Source: Eledone cirrhosa
Lineage: Eukaryota
NCBI GenBank assembly: GCA_964016885.1
Contig: OZ024742.1
Span: forward strand, 188,728,001 to 188,792,000
Reading direction: 5' to 3'
DNA length: 64,000 nucleotides
Position numbers and translations under genes: made by a program. The notes beneath the pieces were generated by a model. The model worked only from the letters and a program-made list of their open reading frames with translations. It was not told the origin of the DNA and searched no databases. This document shows positions 1-14,390 of this stretch, in pieces (within the stretch, counting starts at the first letter, position 1; each line of letters begins with the position of its first letter).

Positions 1-565
1 TAGAGTATCAAATACTGGAATGTGCGAAGTATGATAATCGATTATCTATATGATAGTTAGAAGGCGATGGCTTAATAGTTAGGGTGATGAGCTCATGGTT
101 TTAATGTATTCGGTTGTATTCTGTTGTGTTCATTGTGGTCTTCACCAACACGTTTCATTTCACATTGCTTTTCAGGACATGACTGACAGGCCTGTCTTTG
201 AAATACCCGAGAAATCTTCTATGAAATACAAACATGGAGGAGGCTCGCTTAGCCTGCATATGTGTGAGATGCACATTTTATTTGTTTCCATATGTCCCAG
301 GTGGGATCAATGGCTTGCATAAATTAATGGTTCATGATTTTCTTGATGTAAAATTTATGGAGTCTATTTTGTTTACTAAACTGAAACATTGTAATATGAG
401 AGGAATAGGAAGAAATATATACAAAGGATATATGACTGCATGGATTCATTTTTCAATGGATATAATATATTGTTATATTTGGGGGTGGTGGTGGTGTCAT
501 GTCCTAATATTGCTAATAAATAGTACAACACACTCACTGTTTGATTTGATTTACTCTCCACTTCC

Positions 566-765
<200 letters not shown>

Positions 766-1405
766 TTTCTTTTATTTGCCACTAGGGCATCAAAAGTGGG
801 ACAAGTACAAAGGGGGGAGTTTACACAAAAAGGCGTCCTCAATAAGGAGAAGGCAATAACAAAATATAAAAATAAAATAAGATATAACAAAAAATAAAAT
901 TTTTAACAAAATCCTCAATAGAGAGGAGGCGCCTTGGGGGGTCGCACACACCCCCGAAAAAAGTGTGCAACCCTTCTCCTCAGGAGCACAGAGAAGGGGT
1001 GCTCCCTTGGTCTTTCATCTTCCTCACCTATAGTCTGATGTAGAGTGAAGGCCCATTCACACGGGCCATTCTCGCCACTTTCACCCATCTTTCATAGAAA
1101 CGGCTGGGGTGCAGCACCTCTCTCTCCATCCTGATCCTTCTTCCGAAATGATATCGGAAGAAACGGACCAGTTGTTGGCCAGAGAGAAAGGTGCCCGACC
1201 TCAGTCCTTTCAGACGCGTCCACCATACAACCTCTTTCGCCATGGCTATTACGCACAGAAACACCGCCTCTGCTTCATCTTTGAAGGGGGGAGGCGGCTT
1301 GATCATTACAATAGACTCGGTGGTCAACCGGATCGGTCCCACCCTTGACAGCAGTTGTTCGACATAGCCCCACAGATCGGCTACGCCCGAGCAGTGTACT
1401 AATGC
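766..1405 (-). mobile_element. 5'-truncated L1/Tx1-clade LINE 3' end (ORF2 C-terminus + 3' UTR)
   Basis: ORF 1028-1405 ALVHC..VADLWGYVEQLLSRVG..MAKEVVWWTRLKGL is homologous to the post-CCHC region of the element at 49195-49578. The 3' end reads GCAAATAAAAGAAA. (AGAT)n lies on both sides. Confidence 0.85.
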
Positions 1406-1470
1406 AGATAGATAGATAGATAGATAAATATACACGGGTGTGTATGATTGTGTAAAGAAGATTATATTAA

Positions 1471-1834
1471 TAAAAGGAATTCCAACCTTGTCTGATTTAC
1501 TCGTTTTATTTACAATCCTTTAAAATTTATAATGATATTATAATGAAATAGTATGGTAGAATATTAAATGTTAAGTGTTAATTAAACAAGTACTTTCATG
1601 CTTTGGCAATCTTCAGGTTCATATTGTGTGGTCACAGTCAAGTTTGCAATTTTCACCTGACAGTTGAACATTGCAAACTTAACTGTCACCACAAAATATG
1701 AACCTGAAGATTGCGAAAGCATGAAAGTACTTGTTCAATTAACACTTAACATACTATTTCATTCTAATACCATTATATATTTTAAAGGATTGTAAATAAA
1801 ATGAGTAAATCAGACAAAGTTTGAATTCCTTTTA
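1471..1834. mobile_element. Fold-back PLE-derived element (~180-bp inverted arms) with a hammerhead in each arm
   Basis: 1471-1655 is the reverse complement of 1663-1834; followed by a TA run. Confidence 0.85.
1699..1737 (+). ncRNA. Minimal type I hammerhead ribozyme
   Basis: UGAAC-CUGAAGA-uUGC gaaa GCAu-GAA-AGUACU(palindromic helix III)-U-GUUCA. Confidence 0.75.
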
Positions 1835-1929
1835 TATATATATATAAATGGTAAACATTGATGGCCAGGAAAATTGTTTATGGTAAAATAAAAAACATAT
1901 ATATATATATACATAAAAAAAAAATACTG

Positions 1930-2065
1930 ATACTGAATCGGAAACCAACAATGAGTCTGTTTTAATATGTTTTGGTAATATTACAACCACATGACCTTCC
2001 CAAATATAACAATATCTGTTTCAACACAGGATTTCATATCATAAACCTTGTAAAACAGATATATT
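1930..2065 (+). mobile_element. Nematis-type PLE terminus fragment
   Basis: ATGACCTTCCCAAATATAACAATATCTGTTTCAACACAGGATTTCA matches 35133-35180 and the reverse complement of 55030-55080. Confidence 0.65.
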
Positions 2066-2229
2066 TTAATTACATCAACTATTGAACTTCAAGTATTAGC
2101 CTGAAGTGTAAACGGTAAATTTAGTACCTATGTATCACGAGTAGCTTGTGATTAATGGGAAATTCCATACAAAGAATTATATTGTTACGCATGGAAATAA
2201 TACGTGAGTATATATTACATTTTCATGTG

Positions 2230-2570
2230 CCTAGTGATGATGCGTCTGGCTTACAATCGTGAGGTTGTGAGTTCGATTCTCGAACCGGGCTTTATGTTGT
2301 GTCCTTGAGCAAGACACTTTATTTTACATTGTTCCAGTTCACTCAGTTGTAGAAATGAGTAACTGGTGCCAATCTGTATTATCATTGGCGACAAGCTGTA
2401 TCGTCATAGGCCTTTCCCTTCGACAACATCGGTGGTGTGGAGAGGGGTGACTGGTATGCATGGGCGACTGCTGCTCTTCCACAAACAATCTTTCCCAGAC
2501 TTGTGCCTCGGAGGGGAACTTTCTAGGTAAAAATACCATTGCAATTAATGACAGAAGGGAGTCTTTTCCC
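2230..2570 (+). mobile_element. tRNA-derived SINE (second family; possibly Nin/Deu-core type)
   Basis: B-box GAGTTCGATTC followed by GTGTCCTTGAGCAAGACACTT. Degraded heads of the same family at ~2750-2820 and 59350-59455. Core assignment is from memory and unverified. Confidence 0.65.
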
Positions 2571-3013
2571 CTGCGGTGATGCCCACGTCACGTATCGAAA
2601 ATGTAACATTTCGAGTTCAGCATTACTGATTGAGGCTTTAAAATAAGGAAATTATTCTCCGTGTGCGGCTTATGTAGGTAGATATTGGTCATGGAATGAG
2701 ATACATTGCGACATGTTCGTTACAATGTATGTACTAGTAATAACATTCTTGAGCCTATGATCATAAATTTATGAGTTCGATTCCTAAGGACGGTGACGTG
2801 TTATGTCCTTGACCATTTCAGCTCCCAGATTCGTGCACTAATGTCACCATACTTAGGCGGCACAATGGCAGAGCCATTAGAATGTTGGATAGAATGCTTT
2901 GCGTTAACTCTTCCCGATTTTTGTACTCTGAGTTCAAATGTCACCAAGATCATCTTTGCGTTTCACCCCTTAGAGATCGATAAAAATAAAATACCTTTTC
3001 AATACTGCGGCTG

Positions 3014-3048
<35 letters not shown>

Positions 3049-4199
3049 ATTTATTCTTTGGAAGAAAACGGATGTATTCATACCTGAAGAGGCGATGGGA
3101 TCCATCAGGTATTTAAATGCCCCCCAAAACAAGGTATGTTTCTGCAGCATCCCTATATCATTAGGAGTTACGCGTCCATACATACATAGCCAGTAATATT
3201 TTATAATTAAGACACAAGCTCAATAATTTGGGAGTACTTTAATGAAACATTTGAGGGGTGGGGGTGGATCTATTTTCACTCTTCCTAAATTGCTGTCCTT
3301 GTGTCTAAATTTGACAAAGAGTTTTGTTGCATTTAGTTACAGATTTTTACTACCTAATATCAAATACCTCAAAAGTCAAATTTACATTTCTTCGATACAT
3401 TTCGATAAATTATCAATTAAGTAGTGAATCGATATAACTGACTTTTCCCTACCCCAAAATTGCTGGTCTTCTGCTGATGTTACAAAGAATTATTTTTTCT
3501 GTTTCAGCGTTATTTAATTATTATTAATAAGTGTTTCTACTTTATGCACAAGGCCAGCAATTACCCAATACATTACTGGTACTTTATTTTATCTACCCCA
3601 TAAGGATGAAAGGCAAAGTTAATAATATTTGTGTGTCATGTGGTTGTGTCACATGGGGGAATGTTGCTACTATTATATTCTCTTGTCTACAAAATAGAAT
3701 ATATTTTTCATTTATTTATTATGTAATTTTCTATTTTGTTTGATTATTATTCATCGATGTTACGACAAAAGGTGTGACAAAGTTGAACGAGTGTAAGCTC
3801 TAATTGAAAGTAACCAAATATTAAATGATTAAAGTTGTTTTATGGAAGCCAGTTCCTTGGAAGTTAGAAATAAAAGAGTGAAAATGTGGGTAGAGTAAAG
3901 TAAGACAAACCGATATGTTGCTTTAAACATTTATGACATATTTCATGTTATGTCGAGCTTAAGACACCGTTTTCAAAAGACGCATTTATGTTTTGAAAGT
4001 CTCTGCCTTAATCAATAAATATAATAGAAATATCAAGTTGAAAAATTGATTTGGTTTAATTTACTCACTTCCTCCCATCATCCCATATTTAGTTCTAGCT
4101 TGCCTTGTAGTAACTATTCATTATTATAATACGATTGTAACCATACATACATACATATGTATACACACACTCACACACACACATATATATATATATAAT

Positions 4200-4377
4200 T
4201 GGAAATCAGTAAAATCGAATCTCTGGCGGTTTGCAAGTAAATTTGGCCTACTTATATGAATTGATGAGTTAGCAAAGCACTCGATAAGATAGGATCTCAG
4301 AGTAATAACATACGTTTAAATAGCTTGACAAATCGAACATTGTGGTAGGCGAAACTAACACACAATACATACCAAAG

Positions 4378-4380
<3 letters not shown>
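4200..4380 (-). mobile_element. PLE tail fragment between TA runs carrying the bulged stem-loop (4279-4303)
   Basis: Minus strand ACTC-TGAGAT-cct-ATCTTA-TC-GAGTGC. Confidence 0.6.
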
Positions 4381-4427
<47 letters not shown>

Positions 4428-4485
4428 ATACAGTAATAATAAATGTGAAGACTGAAATCCGAAGAGGGTCCGATAAGGATTGTAT

Positions 4486-4558
<73 letters not shown>

Positions 4559-4719
4559 CGTGTGTGTGTTGTGTGTGTGTGTGTGTATAAAATATATACA
4601 AATATAAAACCCCTAGAGCAAATATTTATTATAAGAATCAATGCTTTCACCCTTAACGTTAAGGGTGAAAGCAGCGATTCTTTGCTTGAACTTTAAACAA
4701 TTCTTCTTATATATAAATA

Positions 4720-4790
<71 letters not shown>

Positions 4791-4793
<3 letters not shown>

Positions 4794-4852
4794 TACGAGT
4801 AGGACCCCTACGGCTGAGCTCAAGCCGTTTCGACGGCTAATTCTGGACTAAA
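4791..4852. mobile_element. Family A fold-back element, short arm only
   Basis: Matches 11330-11367, 42671-42722 and 44703-44759. Confidence 0.8.
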
Positions 4853-5559
4853 TGAAAATGTTTATCCTGGTAAATGAATAGCCGAGCTTCTCAGCGGGTA
4901 ATATTCCATATATGGTAAAAGTGATTGTCACAAGGATTGGTCAAATGTTTGTTGTTGAGACACATAATTCTATCATGGCATTTTGTGGAAGGAAGGGGTA
5001 GCTGAACTTGCCAGTAGAAGAAAGAGGGAGAGGGAGTGGAGGAAACACAGTCGTCCGTTGAAATTGACGACTACAGCAGAATCCTAAGTATAAGAGGTCA
5101 AGAGGGGGAGGGGGTAGTCGAAACAATAAGTAGATCTATATATATATGCTGATTATTACTTCGTGCCAGAAGAGTACCATCACTACATTGAACATTGCAC
5201 GATCATGGGCACGCATGTGACTTTTCAGACCCACCTTTTTGCAAACACTTTCACAGATGTGACACTTGAGCTGTTTGTTTCCTGGCAATATCGACTGTGG
5301 TGTGTCTTCATGCATTTTACCATGCCTGGTCAGTCAACCAAGTGACTTGCAAATTAAGCCACACTCATTGAAAATGTATCGTAGAGTGTGTGATGGCAGT
5401 ACCATCTAAGAGTTGGCTCAATGTCTCCCTAGCTTGTTTAATTTCAAATGTTTGACAAATTCAGCTGTAGTTAGAACTAATCGGCCACATACATTGCACC
5501 TCAATTCCTGCTGGAATTTTGCAAGCACAGTATTTGAGTCCCGTTTATGAAATGAACAT

Positions 5560-5800
5560 TTCAAAACAGTACGCACCAGTTTCTATTTATCTCAGAGAAA
5601 TCACATCCGCATTTGATAAGCTTTCTGCGTGATGTACGGCCTTCAGCCAGTCTCTCACAGTTCTCCATATCAATATTCAGAGCTTTGAGATTGTCTTTTA
5701 TGACAACCTTAAACCGCTCCTTCGGTTTATGCTGTGAGCTTTTTCCTCTGGTCAGCACTCCATACATTAACTGTTTAGCCAGCCTTCCATCTTCGTTGTA
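5560..5800 (-). mobile_element. RTE-clade LINE ORF C-terminal fragment
   Basis: EDGRLAKQLMYGVLTRGK..HKPKERFKVVIKDNLK..ERLAEGRTSRR is a typical RTE C-terminus. Confidence 0.75.
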
Positions 5801-5814
5801 TAAAATATATATAT

Positions 5815-6035
5815 AAGGGAACGGGCGAAGGCTTCCAGAACACCAGCTTTGTCCGTTACCTTGTCGTTTTAATTTGGATTGCCTCGAAAACGTAACATTA
5901 TTATGTAAGAAGCTGTCTGGTGAGATCATGGCACTGGTTTAGCGGAATCGCGTGGCCACTGTCGCCATTGAAGTATGTTTCACAGCCATATCAATAAACG
6001 ACTTACCACATAAAACACTACTTCGCATTTTCTTA
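5815..6035 (+). mobile_element. PLE pLTR fragment, family shared with 21285-21577, 26708-27110 and 28128-28281
   Basis: Shared TTATTATGTAAGAAGCTGTCTG...GTGGCCAC...CCATTGAA sequence; decayed hammerhead. Confidence 0.7.
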
Positions 6036-6043
6036 TATACATT

Positions 6044-6111
<68 letters not shown>

Positions 6112-6633
6112 GTTTAACAATGTAATGTCATGAAACATAAGTTAAGAGTTTTAACTGTTTTGATTCCTATCATTTTACTCCGGTTTGCAACCTTTATTTC
6201 TAACTTGCATTGTTCTGGCTTTACTAAGAGTCATTTCAACACATATCTGAAATATGAAATATACTGAAAGGTTAGATATCTAGATTTCAGATTTAATCAA
6301 CTTTGGACTTTACAGATATCAACGCGTTGATGTTATTGTATGACACTCGACTCCGTGAAAAAATAGAAAACATTTACGACCGAAAACAAAACAATAACGA
6401 AATTGACTTGGTGAAAGTATGTGCCATGCTTTATCTAATGATTTTAGGTTCCTAAGAAATCACTCGTGGACTGGGTTTATTAAATATTTTATATTGGATT
6501 TTATAATGTTTCAGAAAGAAATCAATCACACATTCACACATACACACAACAACATACATATATATATACATATAACTACTACATACATATATATATACAT
6601 ATACCTACTACATACATATATATATACATATAC

Positions 6634-7550
<917 letters not shown>

Positions 7551-7611
7551 ACATGTATATATATATATATATGCGTGAGTGAGTGTGTGTGTTTGTTTTT
7601 ATCTATCTATA

Positions 7612-7681
<70 letters not shown>

Positions 7682-8015
7682 TATATATAATTGAGATTCG
7701 AATATATTGTACTTCCCATATCACATGGAGATAAGTTACACGTTTGTTTTTTCCTTTACATTTGTCTTAGAAACCTTCCAACAGTGACATAAAAGATTTT
7801 TTGTTTTCATCACCGTCTTCTACTTAAGTCAATCAATTCAATGTTGGTAGTAGTAGAATAACAGAGGAGGCGAAGTATATAATCATATGAATAATATTTG
7901 AAAGATGAATATAAGAAACCTTCAAAGGTACTAAGGAAAAGTCCGTGAATATGACAGACAAACATGATATGTTGCTATACACTTCGTTGAGATATGTCAT
8001 TAAAATTTCAAAACT

Positions 8016-8065
<50 letters not shown>

Positions 8066-8198
8066 ATATATATATATATATATATATATATTTCCGATAA
8101 CTAAATATATAAATGAGTTTACAATTTTAATATTCCTTAAAAGAAGACAACTAGAGTTAAAAGCCGTTTAGTTTTGTACGTATATGTATGGGTTTATG

Positions 8199-8229
<31 letters not shown>

Positions 8230-8284
8230 GTGTGTATGTATATATATACATATATATATATATGTATGTATATATATTCAAACA

Positions 8285-8344
<60 letters not shown>

Positions 8345-8429
8345 TACATATATGAATATATACATATGCATATATATATATACACATGTGTGTGTCTGCG
8401 TGTGCGTGTGTATCTGCGAGTGCGTGTGC

Positions 8430-8515
<86 letters not shown>

Positions 8516-8711
8516 ATCTTTATGTTTGAAATTCTTTACTGGAACAAAAGCGACAATATTAATGCATTAAATATTATATACTGAAGCAACGAAAAAGCTT
8601 ACAAAACAATCAATATTGACAGTACAATTAGTGTTACTTTTCTAGATGTTCATATAATAATTATTATCAATGTTCCGTTTGTTTTCTTTCATATTCTGTG
8701 GTTATTATTAT

Positions 8712-9275
8712 AGGGCAGTGGACTGGCAGTATCAGTAGAGGGTCGGACGCCATGCTTTCCAGCATAGTTACGTCCCTTTACGATCTGAGTTCAAATCCCG
8801 CCGAGGTTGACTTTGCCTTTCATCCTTACGGGGTCTATAAAATAAAGTACCAGTAATGCACTGGATAATTGCTGGCCTTGTGCCTAACATAGAAACAATT
8901 ATTATAGGGCAGTGGATTGGCAGTATCGGTAGAGTGTCTGACGCCATGCTTTGCACCAAAGAATTAAATTTGCACCGCCGAGGTTAACTTTGCCTTCATC
9001 CTTACGGAGTCGATAAGATAAAGTACCAGTAATGTACTGGATAATGGCTGGCCTTGTGCCAAAACTAGAATTAATTATTATAGGGCGGTGGATTGGCAGT
9101 GTCGGTAGGTCTGACGCCATGCTTTGCAGCAAAAAATTACGGCCCATTATAGCCTGAGTTCAAATCCAGCCGAGGTTAACTTTGCCTTTCATCCTTACGG
9201 GGCCGATAAAATAAAGTACCAATAATATATTGGGTAATTGCTGGCCTTCTGCCAAAGTAGAAACAATTATTATTG
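8712..9275 (+). mobile_element. Three head-to-tail copies of a tRNA-derived SINE (Meta/MESC-like core)
   Basis: ~190-bp units with GAGTTCAAATCC B-box, core CTTTGCCTTTCATCCTTACGGGGTCGATAAAATAAAGTACC and tail GAAACAATTATTAT. Confidence 0.9.
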
Positions 9276-9819
9276 ATAAGAATATGTTTACCATATTTTT
9301 CTCTCTTTAAGTTAAACGGAGTAAAATCTAATATCCATCATATGTCATTCATACTGGAGTTCAACAATTCTACTAAACACGAATGAAGAAAAATTAGATG
9401 GAAATAAATTATTAATGTTTGACAATGTACGATTACTTTGTTAGTTTCTAGGCATGCATCATCCCTATAAGTACTTGCAGAATTAATGTTTAAAGTGCTG
9501 TAATATTTCGGGCTTTTTTTCTATTATTGATTTATCTAAAACAATATTGTAGTTCCCTTAAGCATCATACATAACTACGTCTGTTTATGAATTTCCTATA
9601 GAATGTGACATTTTTAGTCAAACTGAAATTTTGAGACAAAAGACGAAAAAAATCGTGGTAAGCTGGAAGGAAAATTATCAACGAATGCAAAAATTGGCAC
9701 TGAGTGTTTGCAACTTGAGATCAAAACTAAAACACCATGTAATGTCTTAAGATGGCGCCTCTATGACTCTTTCTGTGGGTTTAGCGCCCCTTATCTACCG
9801 AGCTACCCATATATATGTA

Positions 9820-10490
9820 TGAGTTATTCCGGGTTGAATCGGAGGTAACCACAGTAAGTAAGGTAACTTACTAGAGAGAGATACAGTGCGCCATCAATAA
9901 AACAGGGAAAAACCATCAGTGTATGGAATCTATAACCTATGAAAGGCAGAATATAGACACGATAATTAAAAATATAAATTAAAGCATAAATAAATACCTC
10001 TATAACTATATAACACACGTACAAATCCAAAGTGATCTGTTTCGCCATTAAGTTGTTGACGGAAATGAAATAACCCAGGTTCATCAGCGTGTGTTAGGTT
10101 ATACATTTCAGACAACATTAAGAGAATTTTTAAAGTGGCCGAAACATCTACACGTGGGAGAGAGAAGTCACAGCGTGTTTAAGGGAAGTGAACCAGTGGC
10201 CTCTGAGGGACGAGCTGCTAGAAAGGGCAGCCCAAAACCACTCAGACAAGTGTGCTCAACCAAACAGAGAGAGATAGGAGAAGGACTGTTATAAGGAGCG
10301 AAATATCACGATACATTAACAGAGCCATAGACTCTCGCCGTTCCCTCTAAATAATATGCTCAAGGGAGAAATCCTGGGCACTTTAAAATACAATATGTTG
10401 AAAAGGTAACACACTAGAGAGAGATACAGTGCGCCATCAATAAAACAGGGAAAAAACACCAGTGTATGGAATCTATAACCTATGAAACAT
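9820..10490 (-). mobile_element. PLE pLTR/tail composite with 75-bp direct repeats and a degenerate hammerhead
   Basis: 9870-9944 recurs at 10413-10487. CTGATGA...GAAAC on the minus strand ~10036-10087. 9822-9865 is identical to 40676-40719. Confidence 0.65.
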
Positions 10491-10561
10491 ATATACATAT
10501 GTATATATGTATATGTATGTATGAATATATATATACATATATATATATCTATATATCTATA

Positions 10562-11310
10562 TCCAAAATTAAGAAAACTCAAATGAATTTAATCTAAATC
10601 AAAATTATGGGTGTCATGCCAGAAAGACATGCGCCATATCACCCGCAAAATAAGCTCTAAGATTCAAACGAGTAGGTCCGAGCATTTTATAATAACTAGA
10701 AATTGATTAACATAAAAATAAACATGTATAATCACAGGAGATAATTTTTACCAGTGTGTAACCACACATAGCTAGGTAGGTAACTAAATAAAGTTGACCA
10801 GAACTTCAAAAATAGATACCTTATAATATGATTAATCTTCCCTGTATATATTCCATTAAAGAAATATATTTCACCAATTAATCGAATGGTTAACCACGGA
10901 AGCGGATACTTGGATTTTCAGCTGTTTTTCTTGGATTTTCTTGCTGTTTCTATTTGTCGATAACCCTATTCACGCCACTGGGACGAAGCTAGTGTGATGT
11001 GTGTATTTCTAGTAGATATAGCACGTGTCGCTGGCCAGTCGCTGATTTGAACTTGAAGTGTAAACACTGACCCCTGGAACTTCTTCCTTGTTGAAAATCC
11101 AAGTATCCGCTTCCGTGGTTTACCATTCGATTAGTTGGTGAAATATATTTCTTTAATGGGAAGATTAATCATATTATAAGGTATCTATTTTTGAAGTTCT
11201 GGTCAACTTTATTTAGTTACCTACCTAGCTATGTGTGGTTACACACTTGTAAAAATTATCTCCTGTGATTATTCATGTTTATTTATATGTTAATCAATTT
11301 CTAGTTATTA
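10562..11310. mobile_element. Fold-back element (arms 10692-10920 / 11092-11310) with a one-sided tail containing the bulged stem-loop (10654-10683, minus)
   Basis: Near-perfect ~225-bp inverted repeat between TA runs. Confidence 0.85.
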
Positions 11311-11329
11311 CATATATATATATATATAT

Positions 11330-11464
11330 AGGAACGAGTAGGACCCCGACGGCTGAGCTCAAGCCGTCGAGGTCCTACTCGTTCCTATTACCCACTCTAC
11401 TACCCTAAGTATTGAGTACTTTGGTGCGTTATGGTCCACCTGGTTCCTTACCACATTTCCTTCG

Positions 11465-11467
<3 letters not shown>
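11330..11467 (+). mobile_element. Family A fold-back element with tail
   Basis: AGGAACGAGTAGGACC...GGTCCTACTCGTTCCT hairpin, then an 80-nt tail with stem-loop 11394-11417; TA on both sides. Confidence 0.85.
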
Positions 11468-11558
<91 letters not shown>

Positions 11559-11864
11559 AGTGTGTGTAAGTGTATGATTAAATGTGTGTATGTACGTATA
11601 TATATATGTGTGTGTGTATGTGTGTATTTGTATTGTATGTTTGTGTGTATGTATCTGTATGTATATATATATATATAAATATATATATATATGTATATGT
11701 ATGTGTTTGTATATATACATGTTAGTATGTATATATATGTGTGTGTATATATATATATATGTATGTATGTACATATATATATATATATGTACAGAGAGGC
11801 AGTACACATGATATGGTTTTTAGTCTTGAAATGTATTATTATTACTATATATATACATGTGTAT

Positions 11865-12821
11865 ATATATAAAATTAAGTATGTGTGTGTCTGTGTATTA
11901 CTTATAGGGGCCTACATCTTACGACCGATTTTCATGGAACAATACAGGCTTAAAGATTACTAATCGGGGAGTGTTTTCTATATATGAGCGTATCGTTATT
12001 TTATTCCGGGGTCATCCTGCAGATAAAAATAAGATTTTTGGATCTAGCTCCCAAATCTTGCCACCGATTCCGTTCACATTTTACAGCAAAATAGAATTTA
12101 TCATTGCACACCTTATAACGGCTTTATATTTTGCATTTGTTGTTCAGGGACGGAGTGGCAGCCGCTTAAATATTCAAAAATACCACTTTTAGACTCAAAT
12201 TTCCACTTTTTCGACTCTAGCTCCCACATTAATCAACCTACTTTGTTGAAATGTTACACTACGCTAGATCTGATTATTTCATGTCTTAAGTGGCTTTACA
12301 TTTTGGATTTTTTGTTCAGAAACGGCGTGGCAGCCGCTTAAATATTCGAAAATACCACCTTTTCGCTCAAATTTCCGCTTTTACGGCTCTTGCTCCCACA
12401 TTTTTCAACCGATTTCGTTCAAATTCGAAACTTCGGCTTCACCTCACACATAAATCAATTTATTTGGTTCAACCTTTATACTACGATAGAACCTATCATT
12501 GCACATCTTATAGATGGTCAAAGGCTAAACGATGGCCACTGATATCGTCTGAGCTTTTAGTTGTGTATTTGAGAATTCATCGTTTTCCAATGAAGCAGCG
12601 TGAGGAAATTTGACTTAGTGTTAGAGGACATTACCTCCCTCCCCCAGCATACCCCTACGTCAGTCATCCGCGTTTCTCAGTGATTGAGGTCATCACCACT
12701 CTCCCCCGCATGGCCTGTGTGTGGCCATAGATGAGTCATCAAGAAGCAGTCGCTAAGATCAACACCTTATCAACAAAGATATTATCTTACCTCTCCAGGC
12801 AACGCTGGGTACCGCTGCTAG
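11865..12821 (+). mobile_element. Non-autonomous Helitron
   Basis: The 3' end CCAGGCAACGCTGGG hairpin + CTAG|T mirrors the 36350 terminus. TATATAAAA-type 5' end; internal ~170-bp tandem subrepeats (CTAGCTCCCA..., GGCAGCCGCTTAAATATTC). Confidence 0.8.
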
Positions 12822-12859
<38 letters not shown>

Positions 12860-13080
12860 TCTGTGTGTGTGTATATATATATATGTGTGCATGTGAATGT
12901 ATATGTATGTGTGTACGTGTATTTATATGTATGTATATGTGTACGTATGAATGTGTGCGCGCGTGTGTATGCATGAGAGTATGTGTGTATGTACCATTAT
13001 GTATGTTTGTTGTGTGTGTGCCTGTATGTGCGTGCGTGTATGTGTGTGTACGTGTGTAAGTGGGCGCGTGTGTGAATGTG

Positions 13081-13548
13081 CTTGTCGACACCTGGAATAT
13101 ATATTAAGAGAAACTTCACAATAAGGGGAATCACCCACCCCAACACTTGAATATGTTTATGGAACCCTTTCTGCGTTTGTCACCCTTATATCAGCCTTAA
13201 AGAATTAGCTTCTAAAGAATTTCCCCTTTTTTTAAACCATTGAACCCCACCCATCTTGTAGACACCTGTTTTACAGGCATTGTCAGTCTAAGTGATAAAC
13301 TAGTGTTGTGTTCCAAATTTGAATTTGTTTACAGCATTCTTTCTGCATTTTTAATATTATAGCTTTTAATGAACTCCCTTTTCTTTAAATCCTTCAACCA
13401 ATGACCTCCACCCATCCTAATCCCCACCTTCTCCTACCACCAGAAAAGAAATGATATAAATACCACTACTTACTTGGACAGCCAGCTTTCTGATGATTTT
13501 TCACGAATGAAACAGTCCTATTCCTGTAAAATCTCTTCTATATTAAAA
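13081..13548 (+). mobile_element. Naiad-like PLE ORF end (CRH motif) + pLTR with hammerhead (~13485-13533)
   Basis: TGT CGA CAC...TAA at 13083-13124. 13400-13548 matches 40894-41041, including CTGATGA-TTTTTCACGAAT-GAAACAG...CTGTA. Confidence 0.7.
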
Positions 13549-13642
13549 CTATATATATATATATATATATTTTTTTTTTTATATAGCCATATTATTACTA
13601 TTTGGCTCCCTCGGTTGAGCATTCTACTGACTTATATTCATC

Positions 13643-14390
13643 ATGCAGAAACAACATCTGAATATTTCTACAAAGAACATACCCATACCGAGCAGGAAAA
13701 CATACCTAAAACTCCTGATACTCCTGATAAAGGGTTGCGTTGGCGGGCCTTTTATTTCGATAAACAGGGAAAAGCAGACAACAAACAGGATAAATTTGGG
13801 TTTAAAACCTATAATAACCCTCCGAGTAACCCTTCGAAAATGATGTCTTGGAACTCATACGGAGTATCAAATTTCGGAATAGGAGCAATTCCTTCCAGCA
13901 CGACCTGGATAATAGAATTCGTTCTATTAAGGATTCTAATGCCGTGTACGTCCACTCCGACAAAACTGGCAATCTATATCAAGTAAAGTGCAGTACTTAC
14001 CATCAACTGCTACATAATGCTGTAACTAAGGATTACCGTAAAACTAATCGGAGCGTCATTAATGAAATCAACTATGCTGGGTTTAAAATCACCTCTAATC
14101 TCAACTTCCTGGACCGGACTGAAGCTCTGGACCCTGTTTCTCCCCACTTTACCCTGAAGGATCACAAATCCAATTTCCCGAACAACCCCTCTATTCGGCT
14201 TATTAACCCTACGAAATCTGATTTAGGTAGACTTAGTAAAAGGATTTTAGATAGAATTATATCTGAAATTAGAAGTTTGGCCCCTCTTGCACTGTGGAAC
14301 AATTCTTTCGCGGTGATTGATTGGTTCAACAGCATATGCAACAAGGAACATTGCCGTTTTATCCAATTCGACATCAAGGAAATTCGTACC
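13643..14390 (+). pseudogene. Frameshifted, truncated N-terminal reverse transcriptase of a Naiad-like PLE
   Basis: STKNIPIPS, RWRAFYF, FGFKT, SDKTGNLY, FTLKDHKSNFPNNPSIRLINPTKSDLGRLSK and FIQFDIKE motifs. Confidence 0.85.

Noticed and set aside
8712-9275. Regularly spaced repeats resembling a CRISPR array or tRNA cluster
   Set aside because: Whole ~190-bp units repeat with no unique spacers and no cas genes; the heads are SINE promoter boxes without a full cloverleaf.
11090-11155. TTGAAAA-tCCAA..TTGGt-GAAATATATT as a further U3:A8 hammerhead
   Set aside because: No stem I can be formed and the other arm reads CTGAAAA; it lies at the arm junction, so it is ambiguous.
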